A DNA stretch of 64,000 nucleotides from Camelus dromedarius (lineage: Eukaryota), in NCBI RefSeq assembly GCF_036321535.1, contig NC_087436.1:110424001-110488000 (forward strand). The letters run 5' to 3'. This document shows, piece after piece, positions 38,090-49,770 of the stretch. Within the stretch, counting starts at the first letter, position 1, and each line of letters starts with the position of its first letter. The translations under genes were made by a program, and so were the position numbers. The notes below the pieces were generated by a model. It did no database searches. It saw only the letters and a program-made list of their open reading frames with translations, and was not told the origin of the DNA.

Positions 38090-38543
38090 TCTACATATAT
38101 GTTCAATAAAAGCAGGTAATAGAATGTCCATTGGAACACTATTTGTAATAGCCTCAATCTGGAAACTGCACAAATGCACTTCAGCAGTAGAATAAATAAA
38201 ACTTAGATACTCACCCAATAGAATACTTTGCAGCTACAAGGAGGAACAAATCACACAACACAAAAACATGGATGAATCACAGACATAAAGTTGAGCAAAA
38301 AGACACAGAAGAGTAACTAAAAGCAGGCAAAACCGGTGTATTGTGTTAGAAGTGAGGGTAAAGTTTACCCTTGGGGTGAGTTTTAACCTAAAATGGGCAT
38401 GAGGGGGCTTCTGGTGGCTCTCCACCCCTTGATCTAAGTGCTGTTGACACAGATGTGTTTAATTTGTGAGAATACATTGAACTGGACATACGATATGTGC
38501 ATTTTTCTGTAATATGTTGTACTTCAATGCAAAGTTGTAAAAA
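38090..38543 (+). mobile_element. Old L1 (L1ME-type) 3' end
   Basis: CTATTTGTAATAGCCTCAATCTGGAAAC...CATGGATGAATC...GCATGAGGGGGCTTCTGG...TACTTCAAT. Confidence 0.8.
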
Positions 38544-39128
38544 TGGCCTCTCTGTCCATTAGTTTTCCGTATTCAATACCATAGAAAAAGCCATTATGGC
38601 TAAGTCAAGGGATTTATATTGTATTCTATTAAAAACTGTCTAAAACCTTAAGAACAGAAATGTTGCTTTGCAGACAAACACTAGCAATGAACTCTTGGTC
38701 ACCTTGATGCATTTCATCTAATTTTTACTAAAATCCATATGCAGTAACAACTAATTATAGATCTCTTTTAGATTTGTTTACATGCTGCTTTAAAAACATA
38801 CTGGTTTATTTGTCACAGGAACTCTGGCAGAAATTAAACCTCCTAGAATTTTTTAAGCCTTTTCATTTATGGATACAAGTATAGAGCCACATTATTGTGC
38901 TTCCCAAAAGCTTTCTACTTATTCAGTACAGCAGGTGCACTGACTTATCCGGCCACAAGCCACAGTCATTCCGATAATCTCTACGAAAACAAGAGCTAAA
39001 CTGCCAGGTTCTTTATACTTTCCAAAGCCAACAGAATAGGTCTGGATATTACTCCTGGAAAAAAATTAATACTGTACCATGTAATTGACCAAAAAATATT
39101 TTTCAAGTATTGGCATCTATGTTCTGTG

Positions 39129-39339
39129 CATAGGTTAGCAAACATCTTCTGAAAATGTCCAAATAGTAAGTAAGGCCACATGGTCTCCATCGTGACTACT
39201 CAACTCTGTGCCTGTTCTGTGAAAGCAACCGCAGACAACACATAACCAAACGAGCATGGCTCTGTTCCAATAAAACTTTATTTATCAAAACCTGGAGCGG
39301 GAGAGATTTGGCCTGTGGACTATAATGTTCAACTCCAGG
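39129..39339 (+). mobile_element. MER58A-like hAT-Charlie element
   Basis: GGTTAGCAAAC...ACTACTCAACTCTG...GAGCATGGCTCTGTTCCAATAAAACTTTATTTA...GATTTGGCCTGTGG. Confidence 0.88.
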
Positions 39340-39814
39340 TCTAGAGGAATGAAAAGGTGTTTTGATTTGTTTTACTTTGTTTCCCTTTTTCCTGTGTGGC
39401 TATCCAACCAGTGGAATATGTATTGTCATCTCTCAGCAGTTCCTAATCTGGGATAACTAGATTTGGGGATGTCCTTAGGCTTTACTCACAATTAAAGTTT
39501 GGTGAAAGCAATTTTTTTTATCTAGCACGTGCAGAATAACTGAAACATAAGTCTCATGCATTTCACTAGAATCCCCTAAGTTTCTAATACAACCTATAGA
39601 AGAATATAAAAACTTCTTTATGATTGAAAATTGGGAACAACTTTTTTAACTAACTAGTACCTACTTGGTAAACTGAGAGTGGACTCTATTCCATTCTCTC
39701 ACCCAACAATTACTTTACAAACACTATTGTGGCCATCGTACTAAAGGTTTGGTGGAAAATAGTGGTGTATATACAGAATTTCTACTCTCACAATCTTACA
39801 GGACAGTGGGAAGG

Positions 39815-40322
39815 TGCAGGGGTTAGTGCTTATGAATGTGCAGGCTGGAGCCTGACTGCCTGTCTTCCAACATAGGGCCTGACTCTCACTAGCGATATAA
39901 TCTTGGGTAAATTACACAATAAACTTTGCCTCAGTTTTCTTGTCCATAGAAGGTAAATACCAATACTATATAATCACAAAATGATTGTGAGGATTAAATT
40001 CATTAATTAAATTAGCTATCTAATATTTGTTTATGTAAACCCTTAGAATTTTAGCACAGGATTTTTCAGTCTCAGCACTGGAGGTTGACACCATGGGCCA
40101 GACAACCCTTTGCACTGGGGGCCATCCTGTGTATTGTAGGATGTTTATAGCAGCCCTGGCCTCAATCCACCAGCACAATCCTTTCCATCCTCCCCCACCA
40201 GATGTGACAAAGATAAAAGATTCCAGACATTGCCAAATGTCTCCTGGGAACAAAATCACACAGTGATTGAGAACCACTGATCTAGCACATATTAAGTGTC
40301 CAACATATATTAGCTGTTACTA
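39815..40322 (+). mobile_element. MIR split by MER20
   Basis: GCCTCAGTTTTCTTGTC...GATTGTGAGGATTAAAT; resumes at 40280 (CTAGCACATATTAAGTGTCCAA). Confidence 0.75.
40057..40279 (+). mobile_element. MER20 hAT-Charlie element
   Basis: CAGG...CTCAGCACT...TCCTGTGTATTGTAGGATGTTTA...CCAGACATTGCCAAATGTC...TTGAGAACCACTG; 8-bp TSD TTTTAGCA/ATCTAGCA. Confidence 0.92.
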
Positions 40323-41109
40323 TATTTAAACATTATCTGATTTTGAACGGTAAAGGAAGAGATTTCTCATAGGAGGTAACTCTTACACTGTCATTTATTA
40401 CAAAATCCCATATATAAAAAGCACGCAGTACGATGTTTTGCAGACATTAAATCAGTCAACGTTAATTTCTCTCTCTCCTCCCCAGTCCTTAAAATTGACT
40501 TGAAGTGCGGGCTTCTCAGAATATTTCTTTTTTTTTTATTGCTAAGGACTTCATTTTTAATTTCATTTTTATTTTCTCCCTTTCTAAACTATTAGCCAAC
40601 TCTTTCAACCTCAGTTATAATATTATTGCAGGTCATTTACTTGGAGGAATGGTTTCTTGCATGGAATAATATAAGAAATAGGATAAAACCACTCCTGAAT
40701 GTAATGTTCTTATGCCTCCCTATATTCCTGCAGGAATTGAAAAGTGGCTTCAACAGAAAACCTTTTTGCATTTCTTTATTTCAATTACTTTTTGTTGAAA
40801 ATCTTCATAAAATGTATCAAGTTTTTCTTTGCTTTAGTAACTATAAGCTGATGGCAATAACAGAAGTTGTCTTTAATGATTGACGATCATTCTGGTGCTA
40901 GTGGCATCACTGTTCTGAGATTCTTTTTATACAGAACTGTAGATGTATAAGATTATACGAGCACAAAACATATATCTGCTGTTCAAGGTTTCAGATTAGT
41001 TGTGCCTGTTTAAAATTACAATTAAATATTGTGTTCCCTAAGTTATATCTTAGGGGCATCACTGTAAGTAAATATTAAGCTCTGACAAAAAAATAAAGGA
41101 GATTAAGAA

Positions 41110-41432
41110 AGGGATCATGTGGGGGACAATTTTAATTTTTCAGCTCCTTGAAGTCAGACCTGGTCTTCATCTGAGTTGGCCAATAAAATGTGAATAGAAA
41201 TACGGTGTCAAGTAGAAACTTTCAAACTGGTATGTGGTTATATCACTGTCCTCTTTTTCTTCTGCCAAGAGCTTAGGAATATTCCAAATAAAAACTGCTC
41301 CATTCGTGTGGATCTCAGAGTGAAGATGGCATGGAACAACCAAATTGAGACAGACTTACAGCAACTATAATACATAAATCTTCAGTGCTGTGTTTGTTAA
41401 CACAGCATAACTTACCATATGCTGACTGATAT
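41110..41432 (+). mobile_element. Old MaLR LTR fragment
   Basis: TTGGCCAATAAAATGTGAATAGAA...TTTGTTAACACAGCATAACTTACCATATGCTGACTGATA. Confidence 0.65.
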
Positions 41433-41444
41433 ATGCAAAAATAG

Positions 41445-41580
41445 TGATTCATTTATTGAACAGCTTTCTACTTTCTCTGTATATACACCAGGCACAAGAC
41501 TAGACACTTGAATATAAATAATAATTTAAAAAAACAAAAGTAACACCTGTCCCTGAGGGAGCTTACCATAGAGTGAGATG
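41445..41580 (-). mobile_element. L2 3' end
   Basis: ATTTATTGAAC...CCAGGCAC...CTAGACACTTG...CCTGTCCCTGAGGGAGCTTAC. Confidence 0.65.
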
Positions 41581-42198
41581 AAAATAGCTACTAATTGGAG
41601 AATTAGATTACCTGCCAATTGCCTTCTGACTATATTCCTATTCCTAAATCTAAAATTGACTGGTTTTTCGTGACAAAGCAGAGAAGATGAAGCATGATGT
41701 GGGAAGTTAGATAAGAAAAATTTGGAGGCTGGCAGCTCCATGAACCTAATTAACAAGGTGGTTATCTTTTTGTTGGCAACCACAGTCCATGCCAGGAACA
41801 CAGATACAAATAAGGGCAGACTCCATGTCCAACTGCAGTGGAGCAGCCATGAGATATTGTCAGGAAACGTTCTCTCTAAACGTCCCTGCAGAGAAAATAG
41901 AACCCACTCAGCAGCCAACACTCCGCCAGCCTTGAATGGGAGACATGGCTCCCTACAATCCTTGCTGCTAACTCTACCACCCAGAATTGCTCTCCAGGGT
42001 AATCAAGCACTACTGTGCATCACAGGTCCTGGGAGGCCTGGTAAAGGAACACCCCAGGAACACAACGAAAACTTTATTATCTGGCTGTGGTCTGCCTTTG
42101 GTATTCCAAGGAGTCTGATATATGGAAATGAAGCAATTGAAACCAGCATGATTTGGGTCTGATGGCTGTCCTCCTCTCCCCTAACAGGAGTAGGCAGC

Positions 42199-42238
42199 AT
42201 TTTATGGGCCTCGTAAAAGAGTTTATGAGGCTTTGATG
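42199..42238. promoter_or_regulatory. Candidate enhancer motif cluster (posterior HOX/CDX x3 plus TCF/LEF)
   Basis: TTTTATGG 42200, CTCGTAAAA 42210, TTTATGAG 42222, CTTTGATG 42231; motif match only. Confidence 0.35.
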
Positions 42239-42543
42239 GGAAGTTGGCAGCCCAGGCTGCCTACAATGACCTGATGAAAAACAGCTCTTCTCTGCACCTA
42301 CTTGAAAGGTTTATGGCTGTGGTTGTTTACTCAGAGCCCAAGCAGAGCCCAGGCAGAGCCCAGCCAGGGGAGTCAAAGAGATGGGCCTCAGAAATGAAGG
42401 TAGAGGAAAAACTTAGCTCTGGCATGCCAGAACTCGAAAGGCATCTGCACCCAGCGGGGACGCTGAACCAAGACCCCAGGGAGGCTGAGAAGACTTGGTC
42501 CACTGAGCACACTTAGAGATGCCTTTCTTCCCCAGAATCAAGT

Positions 42544-43007
42544 TGTTACGGAAACGACAGGCCAGTCAAGAAACAAGCACCACTCGGAGGGTTGGAGTAC
42601 TCAGATGTATTACGCCGGCGGGCTCAGAGGGGCTTCTGCTCCGAAGCTCTGAGCACCTCCAAGACGTGCACATGAGGTTTTATAGGGTAAAGTACAAGCT
42701 TGGGGTATTCGGCCAATAGGCATGGAACAGCTTTAGCAGCATTATCATCACAAAAGTGGAGGCGGGGAGGCAGCAAACCAACATTCCAAAGCCAGATATG
42801 TATCTTCGAAAATCCAGCTGGCTAGCAAAAAACATGAACAGCAAAGCAACACTAATTAACTTAGATTTACAAGTTAGTCCAGCAGAACTCAGATCAGTAT
42901 TCCAATACTTAGACCTGTGAGTTATCTTGTTAGCCCAGCCCAGCCTGTCCTTCAAATTCCTAGACCTGTGAGTTATCTTGTTAGCCCAGCCCAGCTTTTC
43001 CTTCACA
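42544..43007 (-). mobile_element. Young ERV1-type solo LTR (probably lineage-specific)
   Basis: TG...CA ends; perfect 4-bp TSD AAGT (42540-42543, 43008-43011); minus-strand TATAAAA 42678-42684; CCAAT 42713; GC box 42760; CpGs retained. Confidence 0.9.
42910..43005. repeat. Direct duplication (period 51 bp) at the LTR U3 end
   Basis: TAGACCTGTGAGTTATCTTGTTAGCCCAGCCCAGC at 42910 and 42961. Confidence 0.95.
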
Positions 43008-43029
43008 AAGTCATCACTGTCTTCCTCCC

Positions 43030-43250
43030 ACTTCACATTAGGACACATCTGGTTTGAGAACTAAGAGCACAGGCTTTGAAGACATGAGACCTGACAAATT
43101 CTCCCCCATGACTTACTAGCAATGTGACTTTAAGTAAAGCATTGAACCTCTCTGATCCTCCTCATGCTTAATAATAATTAAATGAGATTATTTTGACAAA
43201 GTTCTTAAAACAATGCCTGGTCCACAATGACCTTTCAGGAATTAATAACC
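43030..43250 (+). mobile_element. MIR
   Basis: AAGAGCACAGGCTTTG...ACTTACTAGCAATGTGACTTTAAG...AACCTCTCTGA. Confidence 0.75.
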
Positions 43251-43469
43251 ATCACTAGAAGATCTAGCTTCAAGACTCAGTTCCATCTTAAGCAGGTCAA
43301 TTAACCTGACAGATTCTAAGTTTCCTCACTGACCATGTGGAATGAATGGAATGGGGGTGAAGGAATAAATTAAGAAATTGTATTGGAATATAGTTCATAA
43401 ATTTTAAGGTGGAATAAAGGGATTGTGCACATTCTAAAAAGTACATTCTTGCATAATAATAATGATAAT

Positions 43470-43670
43470 GTGCAAACATTAATATCATGTGTGCCATCTA
43501 TCAGAGACTCTGCTAAGCATTTCACATTCACTAGTGCACAGTTCTCATTACATGGCTATGAGCTACCTACTTTCTTACCTCCATTCTATGGAGGAAACTA
43601 AGGCACAGAGAGGCTAAAGAACTTGCCTAAGGTAGAGAAAATATTAAAACTCAGGTAGTCTGACTCTTTT
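43470..43670 (-). mobile_element. MIR
   Basis: GAGGAAACTAAGGCACAGAGAGGCTAAAGAACTTGCCTAAGGT. Confidence 0.8.
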
Positions 43671-44239
43671 ATCCTTCCCATATTAGTCTCCTATAATTTC
43701 TATAAATATTTTCAAACTTAGATGTACATTTTCAAATTGTCAGACACGGAGATTTGTGATTTCCTGATGAACCAGACGGCTGGGTCTATGTATCGAGTAA
43801 GTGCAGCTCAAACTAACTCCACTGAGAGAAACTGTGTGGCTTACCAAGGTTTATGCATCTCTCACTGACTCATTCCACATATATTAACTGAGTGCTTACA
43901 GTGTGGTGGGCACCATGGTAGATGCTGGCAAATTACTTAAAATATTCATCAAGACATCTGCATCTACAACATTTAGTCTGTTTCACACAACCTGACTGAA
44001 CTCAACCTGGCTTCCACTACAGTCACTCAGTTAACTTTATTCTCAAATGTCACATTCTAGTCGCTTACCCTAATGTTTGTGTGTGTATGTATGTTTGTGT
44101 TTTCATCACACCAATCTTATTCAAAGTCTTTGTTTGCCACCTTTTATTTAAAATTCCCACTCCCTCAGCTCATAAAATGACACTTTTTTCCTTTGGAGAG
44201 TGGTTTTCATTGATTCATTTTCCTCCCCAAGCTATTGAG

Positions 44240-44750
44240 CATGGAACATTCAGTGATTCCCCCAATGCCTTATGATCAAAACCTCTGCCCTGGCATTCAA
44301 TACCCTTCAAGATCAAATTCCATACTAGTTCTCCAGCTGTACCTCTAACGACTTCCTTCATGCATGAAACATTCCAACATTCCTCACTTTCTTATTCACC
44401 CCATCTCTGTATGATTATCCAATTTGTTCTCAGAATTAACTGTCTTCCCCATTTACAGCTGGGTTCAAGGCATCCTGTTCACTTCAGGCTGAGCCCTACC
44501 TAGAAGTAGCATTTCCTTCTTCATACCCCAATGGCAATTTTATGATGCTTCTCTCAAGACACTGACTGTACATTACCTTGAGTGACAGCCCATTCAATGG
44601 TTGTCTTTTAGCCTCCGGGAAGCTGTAAACACCTTCAGAGCATGGATTAGGTCTTCATCATTATGTTCATTCTCAAGCCTAGCACAGATCTGTACTCAAG
44701 GTGAATGATCAGTGTTATTGGATGGGTGGTTAGATGGATGAATGAATGGC
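44240..44750 (+). mobile_element. L2 3' region
   Basis: CCCTGGCATTCAATACCCTTC...CCTAGCACAG...GATGGATGAATGAATG. Confidence 0.7.
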
Positions 44751-44939
44751 CACAGCTCTCATAACTCATAAGCTAATCTTGCTTCTAAAGCATATGTTTT
44801 ATGACTTTTAGGATAAGAATTGATTAAAATATCCATATTGGCAGTTGTAATCAGCTGCAGATATTTTCATTGTAGAAAGTGTTCTTCATTTCTACCATAA
44901 GCAAAATTACAGGGGAAAAAAAAGCTCTAAAAAGAAAAG

Positions 44940-45070
44940 GCAGTGGTTTAGGACTCTGGAGCTCAGCACATCGTACATTGGCTACACCCCTGAGAGTCTC
45001 CGGTGTCTCTATTTCCTCCTCTGAACTGAAGTGAAGTTAAACAGAGAGACTCTAAGTGTCCCTCTAGCTC
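44940..45070 (+). mobile_element. MIR/MIR3 fragment
   Basis: GGACTCTGGAG...TCTATTTCCTCCTCTG...CTCTAAGTGTCCCTCTAGCTC. Confidence 0.5.
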
Positions 45071-45386
45071 AGGAAATGTCTAGGTCTACCCTGCATCCTT
45101 CTGTGGATAGTTTGGATCCAATATATCACACTTCTCCGAACAAGGAGATACTAAGAATGCAGTTCCATGGCACTCCATTAACAGTCATTTGCAGTGACGG
45201 CTGGGGATAAAGCAGGGTTCACACCTACCAGTGGGTTATTTTAGAGAAAATTCTGAAAAGAATATTTATAAAAGGATAGTTAAGGATATTTAAGAAAAAA
45301 TGCCAGCTACCAATCGTCCCTGCCATATCTAAAATTCTAGAATTGTGTATGAGGCCCTGAATTATACTGAAGAGTGATTCTTAGGA

Positions 45387-45522
45387 TATACATACACACA
45401 CACACACCTGTCCATATGTGTATATATGTACATATGCATATATATGTATTGCATGTATGTGTATACATATAAACACATATGCATGCATATATACAGATAT
45501 ATTTTATATGCATATGTGTATA
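45387..45522. repeat. Degenerate (CA/TA/TG)n purine-pyrimidine repeat
   Basis: Seen directly in sequence. Confidence 0.85.
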
Positions 45523-46214
45523 AATTATGAAACATTCAAGGAATGGAAATTTTAGAGGAGTGAAAAGAACAAGAAAGAATACAAAGACGTATGGTAGAAA
45601 TGGAACTAACTCCATTCAGTTGACATAAAACAGTTTTTCCATTTATGTGCTGAAAAGACAAAAGAAGTGGACCCTTTAGAAGGTATTTATCATGACTCTG
45701 CTGGGGAAGGCATCACTCTGTCCTTGTCAACAAGGAGTACGGAGCTAAGAGGTGATGGATTAACAATGAATGTTTTCTATTGTGCTCATTATTTTATAAG
45801 GTTCTCTAGGCCCTAAATTCTCCCTAAATGAAACAGAATAAAATAATGAGAAATAACAAAGTAATCTTTTCTTCATTTTTCATCAAAGCACTTGCTGAGA
45901 AATTACACCAGCATGTGACTTCAAGAGAGCCTTTACTCATCTCCATTTATTCATCTGTCACGTCAGTGTGACAAAAGGACAAATGAGTGGGAGAGGGAGT
46001 CTTCAGTCTTCAATTTATTCAGATTTCAGCACAGGTACCTCATTTTTGAAAAACAAAACAAAACAGAAATCAAAAGAACTGCCACAACTATGATCAGAAA
46101 CAAGTTATGGGCATTACAAGTAAGAAAGTACTCAAATAATTTTTCCAGAAAAAAATGAAAAAGCTTAATTGTTTGGACTGGGGCACTGATGAAGGGAAGG
46201 CCGTGGGATTGTTA

Positions 46215-46660
46215 TTATTTTAATGCCCATCATATGCGAGGTCTTTTACAAATGTCACCCTGTGGATTTTTCTCACAAATTTGCAAGACTAACTCCTCCT
46301 TCCTTTTTAACAGATGAAGCTGCAGAAGACTGAATATTCTAAGTAACCAGCCTAAGATCATCCAGTTAATAATTGGCAGAAAAACAATGAGTCCAGTGCT
46401 CTGTCTTCCCGAAAGGCTATGGTCTGGGTTTCACAATAACTCCCTTTATTTCATCTCTTACTGTACATTTCAGTTAAATTTTTTTTTACTTATCTAATTT
46501 TTTTTAACCTTATAACAAGTAAGAGATAACAAGGTTGAGGCATTATAACTTTAATTTCATAGATAGGTAAACTGATACTCAAAAAGTATAAATTACTTGC
46601 CCAAGCTAATTTAAGTGCAGCACCTAAGACAAGTATCCAGCTTTCTGATTTTAAAGCTAG
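46215..46660 (-). mobile_element. Two MIR fragments (about 46215-46410 and 46500-46660)
   Basis: TTTTAACAGATGAAG...AAGTAACCAGCCTAAGATCA; TTTCATAGATAGGTAAACTGA...ACTTGCCCAAG. Confidence 0.7.
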
Positions 46661-47204
46661 TTCTTCTTACAGTAGAATATACTGCATTTCACCAAGCTTG
46701 ATATCAAGACAAAACACTACATATGTTTTTATTCCTTAACACCTTAACACGTGGTCCCATTTTGAAATAACAGATTAGAATTACACACAGACACACACAG
46801 ACTTCTCTATAGAGTTACTTTAATATGTATTATACATTGAAATGTGTGATTTTTCATTAGCACAGAGAGAGATTCCCAGCCAGATTGTTCTCATGTAGGA
46901 AGGATGACTAAAGACTAGCAGAAACTCCTCCAGCCAAAGAAAACTGCATGAACAGAAAAAAACACTCATAGCTGTACTTTGTAAAGGCACGAGCTTGTCT
47001 TTGCTTGATTGGGCTAGACCATCATTTTAACGGAATAACCTTCATTTGACATTTCGCTAGCTACTGTTTCACAGAATCACGTTTCATTATGAAATGAGAG
47101 CCAATCTTAGTGACTGCAGCACTCGTTATTATAAAAACGTTTCTTGTTTTATTCTCCCAATCAATATTCTCCAATTCCTACTCTAGGATTTGTTTTCCTG
47201 TTTC

Positions 47205-47340
47205 TGAATTTTTTTCTTAAATGAAAGAAGAAATTGAAGTCCAAAGTGTCCAGTAACTTTCCCAGAGTTGCATAACTATCATGTAGGCAAGATGGGAGTC
47301 AAAATTCAAATCTAGTCATGTCCTGTCCACTGTATTACCT
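47205..47340 (-). mobile_element. MIR fragment
   Basis: GAAGAAATTGAAGTCCAAAG...AGTAACTTTCCCAGAGT. Confidence 0.55.
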
Positions 47341-48282
47341 CTTAACATTGGAACTTAATCTGACTTATCTCAGGCCTAGAAAATGCCAAGAGAAGCTTCA
47401 TCAATATCAGGTAAAACCCGTGGTCCAAGAGGTTTCTTTAGGGACTCAATCCAATTGTGTTCCTAACTGTAAAATCCATTACTCTTTTAATCTCATCTCA
47501 TTAGAGCTGGAAGAAACTGTGGAGAACATTCTTTCAAGAAACGTTATTTGGTTCTATTATACTATGTCCTAGAGAGACTAGGATGCGTAAGACATAACCC
47601 GTGGCTCTAAATAACTGATTACAATGCTAATTATTTGCATATCAAATAATACTTAATTTTGCCACAAGGCATAGGAAAGGGAGGGATTCACAGAGGAGGT
47701 AATGCATTAGTTAAGATTTTAAAATATATACGTGTTCACTAAAGTGGAAGGGAGAGATGAAGAGGCAGTGAGGGAATAGAGAAATAATGTAACTAGAGGC
47801 TTTGTGGATTTGTGGGAACTACAAATATTTCTCCGTGACTTGGGATTTAGTGTGTGTGGAAAGAGAGAGAGAGAGAGTTGGTGTGTATGTGCCAGCAATG
47901 GAGAACTGGCTATCACCAACCCATAGTGATGTGAATCAGAAAAGGGTGACCCTAACTGGACCAGATTTTTGCAGTCACTCTCCCCCAGGGTAGATACCTA
48001 ATGTGGTGGCCTTGAAATAAATGCATGTAAGATATAGAGGAGACATAGAGGAGACAGGAGATAAGATTAAAGACATGGTGAAGCCATTTGGAGTTGAAAC
48101 TCAATTTCCTGCCCTGGTATGCGGAGCCATTAAAGAGTCTTACAAAGAAACAAAACTGGCAGCAGAGAGAAGGCAGGAGATGGTAGGAACTGAGGGAAGC
48201 CCAAGTGATACCTTTCAGCTCCTTTTTCTGTAACTGACCTCATGTTCTCTCAAGAGAAAAGGAATTAAAATAGTCAATAGAG

Positions 48283-48442
48283 AGGGAGAGGGTATAGCTC
48301 AAGTGGTAGAGTGCATGCTTACCATGCTCCAGGTCCTGGGTTCAATCCCCAGCACCTCCTCTGAAAATAAATAAATCTAATTATCTCCCACTGCCAAAAT
48401 AAAATGACTAAATAGTACAATAATGAACAGACAAAAATTAAA
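48283..48442 (+). mobile_element. tRNA-derived SINE, Vic-1 (camelid) type
   Basis: GGGAGAGGGTATAGCTCAAGTGGTAGAG (A box)...GGTTCAATCCC (B box), A-rich tail, 16-bp TSD AAAATAGTCAATAGAG / AAAATAGTCAATAAAG. Confidence 0.9.
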
Positions 48443-48744
48443 AAAATAGTCAATAAAGGATAATTTGTGCTCTTCTGTATTTTTGAAATCTCTTTTATCA
48501 GCTTAAGCACAGAGGAACTCAGAATTTGTTGACTTTCCTCTTTTCCTTAACTTAGGAACTAAGTCTTGAGGTGGAAGTGGGGAACTTACATACTAGTCTG
48601 GCGTCAGCTCCAGATCCATGCGTTGGCCTCCAAGGCTTCTCCTGTCTCCCAGAGTCGTCACCCTATCTTGTCTCTGGATATCCTGTGAAGATGTCTGCAG
48701 AAGTACAGCTGATGGTGTCTGATTCTTTTGGGTATCTTGTCATA

Positions 48745-48870
48745 CCTATTTAATCAATAAACATTTAGGGGTACCTAGTATTTACCTGGCAGTGTTCTAG
48801 GTCCTGGAAATATATAGTAATAAGTAAAGGAGGCAAAATCCCTGCCTGATTGTGTTTACACATTCTACTT
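48745..48870 (-). mobile_element. L2 3' end
   Basis: TCAATAAACATTTA...CTGGCAGTGTTCTAGGTCCTGGAAATATA...AAATCCCTGCC. Confidence 0.7.
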
Positions 48871-49589
48871 CGTGTTGACATCTGTGCCACAGCTGCTAGT
48901 TCTAGGTCCCAAGTCCCTTCCCCTGTGTCCTCCTCATCTCAACCCCAGGCCTCCACTTGTTTGGGAGTCCACTTAACTCCATCTAGAACCTTCTTTAGTC
49001 CTGTGTAAACCACTTCCCATGCATCAGAATACCCTGGTATCTTGCAAAATGCAATGTTGGAATTGCCCCGAGGTATGCCGTTCTAAGTGGAGAATGACGC
49101 TCCCCTGAAGCCCTTTGAGTCCCCTTTCCCTGTCTGACACCCAGACCAGAGGAGGGCTTTCTAAGCCTTCGCTCTCTCATGGCTTACTTCAGTCTCATGA
49201 TCTAGTCTTAACAGTGAAAAGCTGTAGCTATTTCAAAGAGGAAATATATCAAGAAGTATTATGAAAATATTGTCTTTATTAAACAGTGATGCAGCTTTAA
49301 GTTCATCATAACTGATCTAATACAGGAGCCATGAATGAGGAGAAATTTAGGGCAAAACTCACACAGACTCATATGTGGTAGGTAATGCAGTTGTAATTCT
49401 GAGGATGACATCAAAGTATCTTTCTGGGCGGCTGGAGACATTATTCATAACCACGGAGGAAAACAGAAAAGATACTTGGCCAAGTTACGCATGCTGGCCT
49501 TGAGGTGTTGGAATATTTGACTGAAGATGCTCACCCATGTTTCAAAAACTGGGCTGAGGATCCAGATGTTTAAATCCTCAGCACAGAAG

Positions 49590-49770
49590 TGGTATCTGAA
49601 GCCACGGAGGGGTCATCTCATCCAACATCACGCCCCCTCCCCCTACCACTGTCACCAACTCATTTAAAGGTTCAAAATTTGAGGCACAGAGAAGTTTACT
49701 TCATGACATATGCAGGGTCAAGTAGCCATTTTTTGGCAGAGGCAAACTAAACTTTTCCTCACTCCCAGCC
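49590..49770 (-). mobile_element. MIR fragment
   Basis: TTTGAGGCACAGAGAAG...TGGCAGAGGCAAACT...CTCCCAGCCCA. Confidence 0.55.

Noticed and set aside
41722..42162. 146-aa ORF in unique sequence
   Set aside because: TTG start, no recognisable domain, and overlapping ORFs of similar length on the other strand; consistent with chance.
42680..43048. 122-aa ORF with repeated LGWANKITHRS
   Set aside because: Produced by the 51-bp-period duplication inside the LTR.
48283..48358. Functional tRNA gene
   Set aside because: It has an A-rich tail and TSD, is shortened in the anticodon/variable region, and has no Pol III T-run terminator: a SINE.
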